DNA of 64,000 nt from a virus (IMGVR_UViG_3300028175_000001), one strand, 5' to 3'. Numbered from the stretch's first letter, positions 8,514 to 17,959 are shown. The notes: generated by a model not told the origin, from the letters alone. Translations and numbers: made by a program.

Positions 8514-8981
8514 TTACCTAGTTCCACTCTTTTTTACTGAAGGCATTACCCGAGAACCGAACCAAAAGCTGATAATAGTCGCAAATAATGCCTCAGTTTG
8601 TTCATCCCATACAACCCCTAAAGTCGTATTTAAGTCGCTACCATTCTGTATTGCTTGATATAATAATGTTATTTTAACTCCAATAAACGTTAAAAAGAAA
8701 ATATATGTTATAAATGGTCTTACAAATGCTCGTAATGAATTTATAAATCCTTTTTGATTGCCTAGTGCAGTATCATGATCTAAAAGCATTTTGTGTTCTT
8801 CGAAATCCTTCTTTGCATCAAATAGTTTGATATCTAAATCAACACCTAGTTTTTTTGCCTCTAATTGAAGTTTAAATTCTTCCGTTTTTTGTTCTTTATC
8901 TGATTTATTTTTAAAATAATCTATTAGTGATGGCACCGCTGATCCAGCAAATCCTAATAGGCTACCTAAAATAGTAAACAT
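8514..8981 (-). CDS. Holin-like protein (3TM gene-transfer-release holin type)
   Basis: MFTILGSLLGFAGSAVP...SLRAFVRPFITY...IISFWFGSR. Confidence 0.6.
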   Translation of the reverse strand: MFTILGSLLGFAGSAVPSLIDYFKNKSDKEQKTEEFKLQLEAKKLGVDLDIKLFDAKKDFEEHKMLLDHDTALGNQKGFINSLRAFVRPFITYIFFLTFIGVKITLLYQAIQNGSDLNTTLGVVWDEQTEALFATIISFWFGSRVMPSVKKSGTR

Positions 8982-8990
8982 TATGTTCCT

Positions 8991-9287
8991 TTATACATCA
9001 ATTGAATCATTTTTAAAACTATCTGTTAAACTTTTTAATTTAATATATGCTTGTTTGATTTTATTTTCATCAGGAGACACTTCAAACATAGAAGGGTCTA
9101 CTTCAAACATCATTCTATTTTCTGCGAGAGGCTGTTCTGGATGGGTATGTCTTTGATATTCATTAGTATAAATTCGAACAATTGCTTTATATGTATTATT
9201 TGACGAATGCTCAATATCAGATACTTTATAATAAGCCTCGTCTATAAGTATTCCACTAGTAGTTAAAAATGATTTTTTAATTGCCAT
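8991..9287 (-). CDS. Hypothetical protein (possibly tail-fibre associated)
   Basis: ORF track; composition only. Confidence 0.5.
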   Translation of the reverse strand: MAIKKSFLTTSGILIDEAYYKVSDIEHSSNNTYKAIVRIYTNEYQRHTHPEQPLAENRMMFEVDPSMFEVSPDENKIKQAYIKLKSLTDSFKNDSIDV

Positions 9288-9567
9288 TGTTCGCTAAGTC
9301 TTGTGTCTCTTTGTGTTCTGGATCATCTTTTTCTTTAAACCAATAATCAGTACTTTTCGCTAAAACAGCAACATAGGCTCCAACCAAAATATTGATTAAT
9401 TGCATATGATTATCTGTGGTACCAGTTGTAAAAAATAACAAATACAATAAAATTAAAAATGTTCCTACGATGGCCCAAGATAAAGTAATTCTTGCCCAAA
9501 AATTTTTCACTTTTCTTTTTTCTATAGCTGATAATTCAGTACTGATTTTTTTTTTATTTATTGTCAT
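9277..9567 (-). CDS. Two-TM membrane protein
   Basis: Two hydrophobic helices ending in DYWF. Confidence 0.65.
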   Translation of the reverse strand: MTINKKKISTELSAIEKRKVKNFWARITLSWAIVGTFLILLYLLFFTTGTTDNHMQLINILVGAYVAVLAKSTDYWFKEKDDPEHKETQDLANNGN

Positions 9568-9606
9568 TATATTTCCCCATAGTTGTCTAATTTATTAAAA
9601 AAGACA

Positions 9607-10002
9607 TTATCCTTCTGTTCCAAGTGCAGTGATGGTTTCTCCGCCTGCTTCTGCATCTCTAATTCTTAAGGCACTATCATATGCTTGACCTAAAATATCA
9701 GTATTCATATACTTGACATTAGTAGGATCATATCCAAATTTAACTAAAAATTCTTGTTTTTCTGAAACTGTAAGATCCGCAACTTCTACTTCGGGCTCTT
9801 TTACTTCAGGCTCTTTTACTTCAGGCTCTTGGGCTTCTACTTCTTCATTCTGTTGAAGCGGATCTATTATTGCTATATTAGCAAAGGTGTCTTCTTTAGG
9901 ACTTTCCGTTTTAACATCATCTGTGTGATGAAGAAGAAGTTTTTTAAGTTCTTCTTTTTCTTGATCACTTAAATTTTCAAATAATTCTTTTACATTTAAC
10001 AT
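9607..10002 (-). CDS. Acidic hypothetical protein with EPEVK repeats
   Basis: ORF track. Confidence 0.6.
   Translation of the reverse strand: MLNVKELFENLSDQEKEELKKLLLHHTDDVKTESPKEDTFANIAIIDPLQQNEEVEAQEPEVKEPEVKEPEVEVADLTVSEKQEFLVKFGYDPTNVKYMNTDILGQAYDSALRIRDAEAGGETITALGTEG
9787..9831. repeat. Three 15-bp tandem repeats encoding EPEVK
   Basis: tacttc(a/g)ggctctt(t/g) x3. Confidence 0.85.
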
Positions 10003-10011
10003 TTTTTCCTT

Positions 10012-10128
10012 TTAAACTGGTGCTACTAGATCATCATCAAATTCCGAACAGGCACATTGAACTTCTGCAGTACATTCGCATGGATCACAGGTGCAATTTG
10101 AACATTCGCATTCTGGATTATTACACAT
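10012..10128 (-). CDS. Metallothionein-like Cys-rich peptide (38 aa, 9 Cys)
   Basis: Manual translation MCNNPECECSNCTCDPCECTAEVQCACSEFDDDLVAPV; AAGGAG RBS upstream. Confidence 0.75.
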   Translation of the reverse strand: MCNNPECECSNCTCDPCECTAEVQCACSEFDDDLVAPV

Positions 10129-10180
10129 TTAAACTCCTTTTAACTCCCTTATATTTATGTTTATAGGGGATTTGGTTTTT

Positions 10181-10570
10181 CTAAGTTGTTGCTTCTTGTT
10201 TACTTTTATAATCTGCTATTGCTCCTTTAATTGCATCTTCTGCAAGAACCGAACAATGAATTTTTACTGGGGGCAATGATAATTCTTGCACAATGACTGT
10301 ATTATCTAACGCAAATGCTTCGTCCAATGATCTACCCTTAACCCATTCGGTTGCCAATGAAGAACTTGCAATTGCAGAACCACATCCAAATGTTTTAAAT
10401 TTTGCATCAACAATTTTATCATTATCATCCACCTTTATTTGTAATTTCATAACGTCACCACATTCCGGTGCCCCCACAAGACCGGTTCCTATACTAGGAT
10501 CATTTTTATCAAAACTTCCAATATTTTTGGGTCTTTCAAAATGCTCTACTACTTTATCTGAATATGCCAT
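10181..10570 (-). CDS. iscU: Fe-S cluster scaffold IscU
   Basis: MAYSDKVVEHF..P.N.G, GAPECGDVMKLQI, FKTFGCGSAIASSS, LPPVKIHCS. Confidence 0.95.
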   Translation of the reverse strand: MAYSDKVVEHFERPKNIGSFDKNDPSIGTGLVGAPECGDVMKLQIKVDDNDKIVDAKFKTFGCGSAIASSSLATEWVKGRSLDEAFALDNTVIVQELSLPPVKIHCSVLAEDAIKGAIADYKSKQEATT

Positions 10571-10571
10571 A

Positions 10572-10976
10572 TTATTTCCATCCTAAGTGCTGTCTACTAT
10601 CTGCGGGAATATCCTTTATTGGTGTAAAACTTTCTCCGCAACCACAAACATGTCCATATTTGAGTCTTTTAAATATGAATCCCTGTTCTACCAAATTTCC
10701 TATTTTATAATCTACTTCTACATCACCAACTATATCATTAAGTATATGCTCATCTATTACTAATTTAATTCCGTTTTCAATAAAAACCAAATCTTCTGGT
10801 TTAATTTTATTTTCAAAATCTAAACTATATTTCCACCCAGAACAACCGCCGGAATTTGCTCCTACTCGTAAGTATGAATTTTCAATGTCTTTTTTTTCGT
10901 CTTCAATCATTTCTTTAAAAACATTTGATGCCTTTTCAGAAATTTTAAGTTTACATCCAACTTGGTTTGTGTTCAT
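10572..10976 (-). CDS. A-type Fe-S carrier (IscA/HesB family)
   Basis: GGCSGWKY and CGCGESF motifs; GAGG RBS before ATG 10976. Confidence 0.9.
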   Translation of the reverse strand: MNTNQVGCKLKISEKASNVFKEMIEDEKKDIENSYLRVGANSGGCSGWKYSLDFENKIKPEDLVFIENGIKLVIDEHILNDIVGDVEVDYKIGNLVEQGFIFKRLKYGHVCGCGESFTPIKDIPADSRQHLGWK

Positions 10977-11316
10977 TTTCCTCAATACGTTCATACATGA
11001 ATGATGTCCTACAGCCGCATGTTCCTTTTGCTGAAGGATTGTTAAATTTTAATCCACGATCATTTAAATTATCCGACCAATCAATTTCTGTATCTCTAAT
11101 ATATAAATGACTTTTTTTATCTACTAAAATGTTTAATCCAAAAGATTCAAACTCTAAATCAAATTTCCCTTTACGGCTTTCAAAATCTACTGTATAAGTA
11201 AATCCTGAACACCCGCCACCTTTAACGCCTACTCGCACTACTGTACCTTCAGAAACTTTCTGATCTTGCATTATACCCAATACTTTATTAGCGGCTTTTT
11301 CTGTAAACGATATCAT
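10951..11316 (-). CDS. iscA: A-type Fe-S carrier (IscA/ErpA family)
   Basis: GVKGGGCSGFTY, FNNPSAKGTCGCRTSF. Confidence 0.9.
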   Translation of the reverse strand: MISFTEKAANKVLGIMQDQKVSEGTVVRVGVKGGGCSGFTYTVDFESRKGKFDLEFESFGLNILVDKKSHLYIRDTEIDWSDNLNDRGLKFNNPSAKGTCGCRTSFMYERIEENEHKPSWM

Positions 11317-11319
11317 ATT

Positions 11320-11509
11320 CCCTTAATTTGTGTAATTGATTGTTTCTGTTTCAAGGCACAATCATAAGCCCACTCCAACACTAAGCGGCCAATGCTACCT
11401 GTGCGGAAAAATAATCGTCATTGTTTGCGATTAAGTTAAATGACATTTTACATCTGTCAAGATGGTCTCCTCTGCATAATCACATTCAATCGAATTCCCG
11501 AACACCCCC
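11320..11509 (-). ncRNA. ssrA: tmRNA coding piece of a permuted two-piece gene; tag ANNDDYFSAQVALAA* at 11428..11381
   Basis: 5' GGGGGTGTTCGGGAATTCGAT at 11509; resume codon GCA; tag ends in ALAA-stop; 3' boundary approximate. Confidence 0.85.
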
Positions 11510-11513
11510 AACA

Positions 11514-11606
11514 TTAAGTCATCAAAGTCCAGTCTAGAACAAAATATAATCCCATCATAATCGATATTATAAAAACCCACAATAACAAAGTAGGATTATC
11601 ATTCAT
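11514..11606 (-). CDS. 30-aa hydrophobic peptide inside the tmRNA intervening segment
   Basis: MNDNPTLLLWVFIISIMMGLYFVLDWTLMT*; no strong SD visible. Confidence 0.4.
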   Translation of the reverse strand: MNDNPTLLLWVFIISIMMGLYFVLDWTLMT

Positions 11607-11615
11607 ATGGCTCAT

Positions 11616-11675
<60 letters not shown>

Positions 11676-11679
11676 ACAT

Positions 11680-12045
11680 CTATTTAGATAAGTCTTGAGT
11701 CACATCTTTAATTTTTTCTATTTGTTTAGTAATAATTTCTTCCCGTTTTGGCCAATAAATATAATCTTTATCTGGATTTTTCATAAGATTATATAAAAGA
11801 GGTAAAATTAATTGCTCAACTTTGCCCATATCTACTATATATTTTTCTTCTAAATATTCTTTTTTATAACTAATTTCTTTAATTGCGGAATCTATTTTCT
11901 TTTCTAAATTTGCAAAACTTTGAGATTTTGCTTGAACCTCAACTATTTTCTTTTCTACTTCTGTTGTTTTTGCTTTATATTCTTCATCATTTACTGCGGA
12001 AAAACCGAAGTCATAACTATCATATTCATCAGGTATTATTGCCAT
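11680..12045 (-). CDS. Hypothetical protein of marine T4-like phages
   Basis: DYDFGFSAVNDEEY-type N-terminus and LYNLMKNPDKDYIYWP; start trimmed. Confidence 0.7.
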   Translation of the reverse strand: MAIIPDEYDSYDFGFSAVNDEEYKAKTTEVEKKIVEVQAKSQSFANLEKKIDSAIKEISYKKEYLEEKYIVDMGKVEQLILPLLYNLMKNPDKDYIYWPKREEIITKQIEKIKDVTQDLSK

Positions 12046-12625
12046 TTTCGTATCCGTATTTGCAAATCCAATAAGAGTCAACTATATCTGAAATGGGATT
12101 TTTATCGCAGTTTATTTGAAATTCATCTATGAGTTTTCTATGCGTATCAGACACAAAAGAATCATACATCAATTCTTTATTTGCGTTTCCCTTATCGGAT
12201 GCGTATTTTTTGATTACTGTAGGGGGTATCATTTTATACCCAAGTTTACAGTTGTATAAAGTGTTTTTTAAAATTGCCATATTTTCTGCAATTTGCAAAA
12301 TTCTTTGTCCAATTGCGGCATATGCATAATCTTCAATAAAAACTACTTGATGCAAGTTTTGATCTGTAACATCATATTTCATAATACATTTTTTAACCCA
12401 AGACGATAGTCCTAAATATCTTTCCATCTCTGTATTATATTTAGGATATTTTTCTATTCGAATATTACGAAAAGATTTCCATCTTTCAAATTGTCTATCA
12501 TTTTTTGCTAAACAATAATGTGTAATATTTTCATATTTCCACTCTCCACGACATTCTGTTATGGCTGGACTGGTTAATGAATAATCAATTCCCACATATA
12601 AATCAGGTGTCCCAGTTGCCATCAT
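12029..12625 (-). CDS. RuvC-like Holliday junction resolvase/endonuclease
   Basis: GIDYSLTSP, FIEDY, KGNANK, SDIVDSY RNase H-fold acidic residues. Confidence 0.8.
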   Translation of the reverse strand: MMATGTPDLYVGIDYSLTSPAITECRGEWKYENITHYCLAKNDRQFERWKSFRNIRIEKYPKYNTEMERYLGLSSWVKKCIMKYDVTDQNLHQVVFIEDYAYAAIGQRILQIAENMAILKNTLYNCKLGYKMIPPTVIKKYASDKGNANKELMYDSFVSDTHRKLIDEFQINCDKNPISDIVDSYWICKYGYENGNNT

Positions 12626-12755
12626 CTTCTTCTTGTAATTCTATTAATTCTCCGCAATAAGAGCAAAATCGTACTATTTCATCTTCGTCTTCATGAACAA
12701 GAATTTCATACGTTTTAAAACAATAAGTGCAATTAATATTTTCCGATATTTCCAT
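12603..12755 (-). CDS. Small zinc-ribbon protein (50 aa)
   Basis: Manual translation: CTYC...FCSYCG. Confidence 0.7.
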   Translation of the reverse strand: MEISENINCTYCFKTYEILVHEDEDEIVRFCSYCGELIELQEEDDGNWDT

Positions 12756-12764
12756 ATTAAGACT

Positions 12765-13031
12765 TTAAGCCTTCTCCTCGTCTTTTAATGATTCTTCTAA
12801 TTGTTCAACGGTCAGAAAAACTTGACCCTCCAAAAAAATTTGAGGGACTTTTTTACTTCCTGTAATTGACAATATTTTACCAAACAATCTCTTATCCGCC
12901 TGAATGAACATATATTGTTTTTTATACTTATCTAATAAAGATTTTGCTTTTTCACACATTGCACATTCCCTGAAAGTAAAATGTCCAACAACATAATTTC
13001 CTTTGTTAAAATCTATTTCATATTTTAGCAT
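12765..13031 (-). CDS. Glutaredoxin (NrdH/NrdC-like)
   Basis: CAMC active site, KVPQIF; adjacent to RNR. Confidence 0.85.
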   Translation of the reverse strand: MLKYEIDFNKGNYVVGHFTFRECAMCEKAKSLLDKYKKQYMFIQADKRLFGKILSITGSKKVPQIFLEGQVFLTVEQLEESLKDEEKA

Positions 13032-14962
13032 TATAAATCCACCACTTCACACCCATCACCTGCGGCGCAAGCTAATTCTTGTGATCCTACAGTAAAATCT
13101 TTTTCCTCATATGCAGATAATAATGACCAATCAACATTTTTAGGCATTGCTTTTAATGCTTTTGTATATTCAGCTTTTGTACAATCTTGATAAGGTGCTT
13201 GCCTATATGCATGTTCAGAAAAAGGTAAAAAAGATATTCCACTAATATCATCAAAATTATTCCATACCCAATTTCCCATTTCTATCCACTCATTTTCTTT
13301 GACTGAAATGGTAATAGATGGTTTGTGTTCGCACCAATATTTTTGATATGTTGACCAAAGATCTAACTGTTCAATCGCATTTATATCGGCTCTACATCTT
13401 GCATTTTGTGGACTTTTCATAGGAAATGAAAATACAGATGTGTGTTTCGGTTTCATCACATCTGGTTCATTTGGAAAGTTTGCTTCCTTCATGAATTTAC
13501 AAAGCGGATCTTTATTATCAGCCCGCACTGTTCTAATATAGTAGGGATTGTGACGAGCATGTATGCCACTAGCAGAATCAACAAGTTGACTAACCGTACC
13601 AGAAGGTTTGACACAAGTAATTGCGGCAGATTGCGGGATGTTAAGTTTTTTTGAGAATTCTTTATTAGTTTTAATTGCAACATTTTTTAACTTATCCAAT
13701 AAATCTTTTAAATTGCCTTTTTTACCATTTGTCAAAGAATTATCCATTATTCCTGTAAGAGAGACCCCCAAAAGTCGTTCCTCTTCGCAATTATTTTTCC
13801 ATTCTTTTGATAAATATTTGAAACTTGTAAGAGTTGATTGAAATGTTCCAATGATAGTTGCAAGTTTAATTTTATTTTCTAAAGATTCTAATGTATCATC
13901 TCCTCTGATTACGACTTCTGAAAGATTACAAAATTCCCTACTTCTAAGAATAATTTCACTACATGGATTAGTGCCAAAATCATTTCTAGGTTTTCGTCTA
14001 ATATGTTCTTCGGTATTCATTTTTTCTACTTGCTGTCTAGCCGCCAAACTATTATAAATTCCCCGTTCTCCTGATTTGGAATCATAAAGGGATAACCATT
14101 CTCTCATAAAAGTACCAACATCTGGCTTTTCTTTATAGTTAACAGAGTTATTGGCGAGGGCTCGTTGAGGATTATTTTCCCACCAGAGACCCGATTTAGC
14201 ATGTCTCATTGTTTCATCATTAAGATTAGATAAACTAATAAGAGCAGATCTACGAACACCTCCTACGACAACAATTTCTGCAATTTTACATACAATATCA
14301 TGCGCTTCTATTGATTTTAATTTACGCCCGGAAGCATTTCGAAACGTATTTATAGTAAACATAAAAAGATCTTCTAATGGCTCAGGACCCGAGGCTCTTC
14401 CTCCAAAGGTTTTAAGAGCAGAACCCGCTGGTCTTATCTTAGATAAATCCCATTTTGGTATTTGCCCCTGCCAAACTAATGAAATCAATTCTTTATATGA
14501 TTTTGCCCACCCCAATTTTGAATCTGCTATAACAATTGTAGTATCTGTTTCATAAAATTCATCTGATATAATAGGAAGTTGATTAACATATTCTTCTTCC
14601 ACAGAAAATCCCACTCCTGTTCCATTCATTAACACATATAAAATTTCATCAAATGATCGTGGACTATCTATTTTTACATACGAACAATTATAACCTGCTA
14701 TATTTTCTTTTTTGAGTGCTTCACCGGCCGTCATCAAGCACCTCATTGAAGGCATCACTTTAAGGGTTAAAATTGCCTCACGCAACTCTGCTTCTAGTTC
14801 ATTACTAATAACAAAATCATGATTATCATCTAAATGTTCTTTAAAAAATGCCAAATATCTGTTAACCGTTTCTTCCCAGGTTTCACGTCTTTTGAGATTA
14901 TAATTCCATCTTGCATATCTCGATAAATGAATAAATGATTGATATTCTGTTGGTAGAGACAT
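13031..14962 (-). CDS. nrdJ: Class II (adenosylcobalamin-dependent) ribonucleotide reductase
   Basis: FIHLSRYARW, GTNPCSE, TCVKPSGTVSQL, C-terminal CAAGDGC; no beta subunit in the window. Confidence 0.9.
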   Translation of the reverse strand: MSLPTEYQSFIHLSRYARWNYNLKRRETWEETVNRYLAFFKEHLDDNHDFVISNELEAELREAILTLKVMPSMRCLMTAGEALKKENIAGYNCSYVKIDSPRSFDEILYVLMNGTGVGFSVEEEYVNQLPIISDEFYETDTTIVIADSKLGWAKSYKELISLVWQGQIPKWDLSKIRPAGSALKTFGGRASGPEPLEDLFMFTINTFRNASGRKLKSIEAHDIVCKIAEIVVVGGVRRSALISLSNLNDETMRHAKSGLWWENNPQRALANNSVNYKEKPDVGTFMREWLSLYDSKSGERGIYNSLAARQQVEKMNTEEHIRRKPRNDFGTNPCSEIILRSREFCNLSEVVIRGDDTLESLENKIKLATIIGTFQSTLTSFKYLSKEWKNNCEEERLLGVSLTGIMDNSLTNGKKGNLKDLLDKLKNVAIKTNKEFSKKLNIPQSAAITCVKPSGTVSQLVDSASGIHARHNPYYIRTVRADNKDPLCKFMKEANFPNEPDVMKPKHTSVFSFPMKSPQNARCRADINAIEQLDLWSTYQKYWCEHKPSITISVKENEWIEMGNWVWNNFDDISGISFLPFSEHAYRQAPYQDCTKAEYTKALKAMPKNVDWSLLSAYEEKDFTVGSQELACAAGDGCEVVDL

Positions 14963-14963
14963 T

Positions 14964-15839
14964 TTAAATTCCTTTCAATTTTTCTAAAAACTCTTTACGT
15001 TCTCGGGTTGATAAGTTAAACTCTGCGTTTGTCATTATATGCAGGTCTTCTACAAGTTTAGGGTCATTAAAGTCCAATGTACATTTTATATTGGCTTTAA
15101 TGATCTTCATTTCTTCTGCTGAAAATGTTTCAGCCTTTAAGATATAATCTTCAAATGCTTCACAACTTATAGGAAATAATGGTTTTACTAAATCATACAT
15201 TATATTTGCATAATCTCTAATTTCTTTTTGAGAATGAGAATCCATGCGTAATTTGGAAAATTTAAAAAAATTATTTAAATCTATCTTCCAAATACATTCC
15301 GTATAATTAGAAACTGGTAAAACAGTTCTTGCCAATTCTCTTGCAATACCATTAAAACCATCATAAAACCCGTCTAATAGTGTAGGGTCTACAATTTGTT
15401 TATAACACATCTGTGAGTGTTCATTCGCATCATACATTCGCCCAAGAACAAGTGTTTTGTTGTCTTCATCTAATTCTTTTCCTCGGCCTTGATTGTTTTG
15501 CTCTGATTGCTCATGAACATCTTTTTCTGCAGGTAAATAAAATTCGTCACTCATTATGGAATAACGGCCTGAATATTCATTTATGTTAGCGGTTCGGTGT
15601 CTAACAAATTGCCTCATTACAAAGATAGGTAGTTTTAAATGAAATTTCACTTCACACATTTCAAAAGGAGATGTGTGATTATGCCGCATTAAATATCGAA
15701 TTAAATTTCTTGTTTGACTAGTTTTTCTCGTACCGGTTCCATAACTAATTCTTGCGGCATTTTCGACTTCTTCATCGGAGCCCATCACATTTAATAACTT
15801 CACAAATCCATGATTATGCACTTGTTTTTCATTTATCAT
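14964..15839 (-). CDS. thyX: Flavin-dependent thymidylate synthase
   Basis: HTSPFEM, RQFVRHRTANINEYSGRYS, ELARTVLP. Confidence 0.95.
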   Translation of the reverse strand: MINEKQVHNHGFVKLLNVMGSDEEVENAARISYGTGTRKTSQTRNLIRYLMRHNHTSPFEMCEVKFHLKLPIFVMRQFVRHRTANINEYSGRYSIMSDEFYLPAEKDVHEQSEQNNQGRGKELDEDNKTLVLGRMYDANEHSQMCYKQIVDPTLLDGFYDGFNGIARELARTVLPVSNYTECIWKIDLNNFFKFSKLRMDSHSQKEIRDYANIMYDLVKPLFPISCEAFEDYILKAETFSAEEMKIIKANIKCTLDFNDPKLVEDLHIMTNAEFNLSTRERKEFLEKLKGI

Positions 15840-16837
15840 AATTTAAATTCTAATAATTTTGTTTTTGCAATTAATCCTTGAAAGGTATTATTTTCCATAA
15901 CACTCATAACATTTACATTGTTTAATATCATATCATTAATGTCTTTTTCCATTACATGATTGGGCCAAATAACTATCTTATGGTTATCTGAAATAATTTT
16001 ATCCATTTTTTTAACAATTTCTTTATTTCTTTTTTCATTATCATAAACAAATACTACATCAATATCATTTAATAGTGTTTTGCATGTCGATAAATCAGCT
16101 CCGGCCATAGCAAGAGAATTTTCTACAAATAAAGAATCTATCGGACCTTCAACTATATAGGTGGTCTTATTTTCATTCCAGGTGTTCAATCCAAAAATTT
16201 TTGGTGCATTTTCTTTAACCTTAATTGTCACATATCTTAATTTAGAACTTTTTATTAATGATCTTCCTTGAGCGGCAATCAAATTATAATCTTTATCAAA
16301 AAAAGGTATGACCAATCTAGGATCATTTTTAATTAATTCATAATGTGTATCGAGGTTAAGACTTTCAACCCATTTTTTAAAATCCTTAGCAAAATAAAGA
16401 TATTGGTATTTATTGGGTACAATGTTTCTAGATTTGACATACTGCTTACAAAAATGTTCATCGTTTAAGTCTTTTACGCATGGTATTTTTAGATCAATTT
16501 TTTTAAATTTTGGAATATCAAATTTGAATGTTGGCTCCTTATAATTACTAAATTTATTTTCACCAGACATATATCTTTCCATACAATATTCAGAATGCAA
16601 TCTTACATCCAACTCTTTTAAAAAATTTGAAAAAGTTTTCCCTACTCCGCAATTATGGCATTTATAAAAAAGATTATTTTCTTTTCTATGAACATATCCC
16701 CTTGCTTTGGTTAGTTTTTTTTGAGAATCTCCGCAAATTGGACATCGGAAATTCCAGAGATATTCTTTTTTTTGTTTATATAAAGGAAGTCTACTAGATA
16801 AAAGGTTCAAATATTTTACATCAATATAAAGAGACAT
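15836..16837 (-). CDS. 61: DNA primase (T4 gp61-like)
   Basis: CPICGDS...CHNC zinc finger; VEGPIDS and YDNE TOPRIM motifs. Confidence 0.93.
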   Translation of the reverse strand: MSLYIDVKYLNLLSSRLPLYKQKKEYLWNFRCPICGDSQKKLTKARGYVHRKENNLFYKCHNCGVGKTFSNFLKELDVRLHSEYCMERYMSGENKFSNYKEPTFKFDIPKFKKIDLKIPCVKDLNDEHFCKQYVKSRNIVPNKYQYLYFAKDFKKWVESLNLDTHYELIKNDPRLVIPFFDKDYNLIAAQGRSLIKSSKLRYVTIKVKENAPKIFGLNTWNENKTTYIVEGPIDSLFVENSLAMAGADLSTCKTLLNDIDVVFVYDNEKRNKEIVKKMDKIISDNHKIVIWPNHVMEKDINDMILNNVNVMSVMENNTFQGLIAKTKLLEFKL

Positions 16838-16888
16838 GTCAAATAATTAGATAGAGGATATATTAGAATATAATATAGATTTATTATA

Positions 16889-16917
16889 ATTATATCAAAT
16901 TTGACTATAAAAGTCAA
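16889..16917 (-). promoter_or_regulatory. Sigma70-type promoter for primase
   Basis: TTGACT-17bp-TATAAT with TGn extended -10; the -35 lies in the palindrome TTGACT-ATAAA-AGTCAA. Confidence 0.75.
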
Positions 16918-17076
16918 CTACCACGAGGCCAATAATAAAATTTTTTGAATAGATTCATCATCTACTTTTAAATCGTAAGCATACTTATAAACTGGAGACA
17001 AATCTTTGACTTTGTTTTTGTTTTTTATAGACACAACTAATTTCAAAACTTGTTGTTCATTTTCATTTAACAGCAT
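16918..17076 (-). CDS. Hypothetical protein (52 aa)
   Basis: Manual translation MLLNENEQQVLKLVVSIKNKNK...LLASW. Confidence 0.5.
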   Translation of the reverse strand: MLLNENEQQVLKLVVSIKNKNKVKDLSPVYKYAYDLKVDDESIQKILLLASW

Positions 17077-17323
17077 ACTCATCTCGCACAACAACACTAA
17101 AATTAGTTAAGTGATTTAATTTGACTATTCTTTCAGATATAAAATCAATCTGTTTTGTTATATGTTTTATATCAGTTTTCACTATAGCCACATCGGATTT
17201 TAATTCTATAATATTAACAAGACTCCATCCTACTATGGTTATGATAACAGTTATCATAGGAACCAATATGACTTTTTCAAACAAATTTAAGGGGTTGTAT
17301 TGAAAAATCTCGTTCATTTTCAT
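17063..17323 (-). CDS. Single-TM coiled-coil protein
   Basis: TM segment followed by a heptad region. Confidence 0.6.
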   Translation of the reverse strand: MKMNEIFQYNPLNLFEKVILVPMITVIITIVGWSLVNIIELKSDVAIVKTDIKHITKQIDFISERIVKLNHLTNFSVVVRDEYAVK

Positions 17324-17326
17324 TCT

Positions 17327-17959
17327 TTATGTGTTTACAATAACACCGCTAGTGTCTCTAATTGTTATCAAACCATGTGCGCCATCAGAATTATAACATT
17401 TTGCGGTAAATGTTGAATCTCCATTAGAATGATAAGTTTGGATTAAATTTACACCCGACCCATTATTCGTTTTTACGGTCAATTCTCCCCTATCATCAGC
17501 GGAAGTGCCTTCATGATCGACAATTATTTCTCCCAATTTATGCATAGCAGTCGTTGTTATGATTGTGGTTATTTCCCAATAATCATTCAACGTATGACCA
17601 GTTGTTGCGGCAAATGTAATTGTTATGCCATTATCTAATTCTTGAGTGGACCCCATAACCGCAACACCAGTGGCTTCCCAAGTTGATCCCCCATCATTTG
17701 ACCAAGTAAATGTATCAGTAGCGGCGGCCGCATCAATTTTTACTCGATAAGTTCTAACATCAGTTGAATTATAATTTCCTCCAAATGTAATATCATCTAA
17801 TCCAGATACCGTAGCGGTGGTTGTACCAAATCCTTTAAAATAATCATTGGCAGAATCTTCGCCATCAGACCACCCCTGAAACGCAATATTAGTCAATCTA
17901 GCGGCGGCTCCATCGCCTTCTGTATGATTTTGTATTGTAAGTGTATCTCTTGCTATCAT
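17327..17959 (-). CDS. Virion structural protein (beta-rich)
   Basis: Thr/Gly/Asp-rich; lies in the structural gene block. Confidence 0.6.
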   Translation of the reverse strand: MIARDTLTIQNHTEGDGAAARLTNIAFQGWSDGEDSANDYFKGFGTTTATVSGLDDITFGGNYNSTDVRTYRVKIDAAAATDTFTWSNDGGSTWEATGVAVMGSTQELDNGITITFAATTGHTLNDYWEITTIITTTAMHKLGEIIVDHEGTSADDRGELTVKTNNGSGVNLIQTYHSNGDSTFTAKCYNSDGAHGLITIRDTSGVIVNT

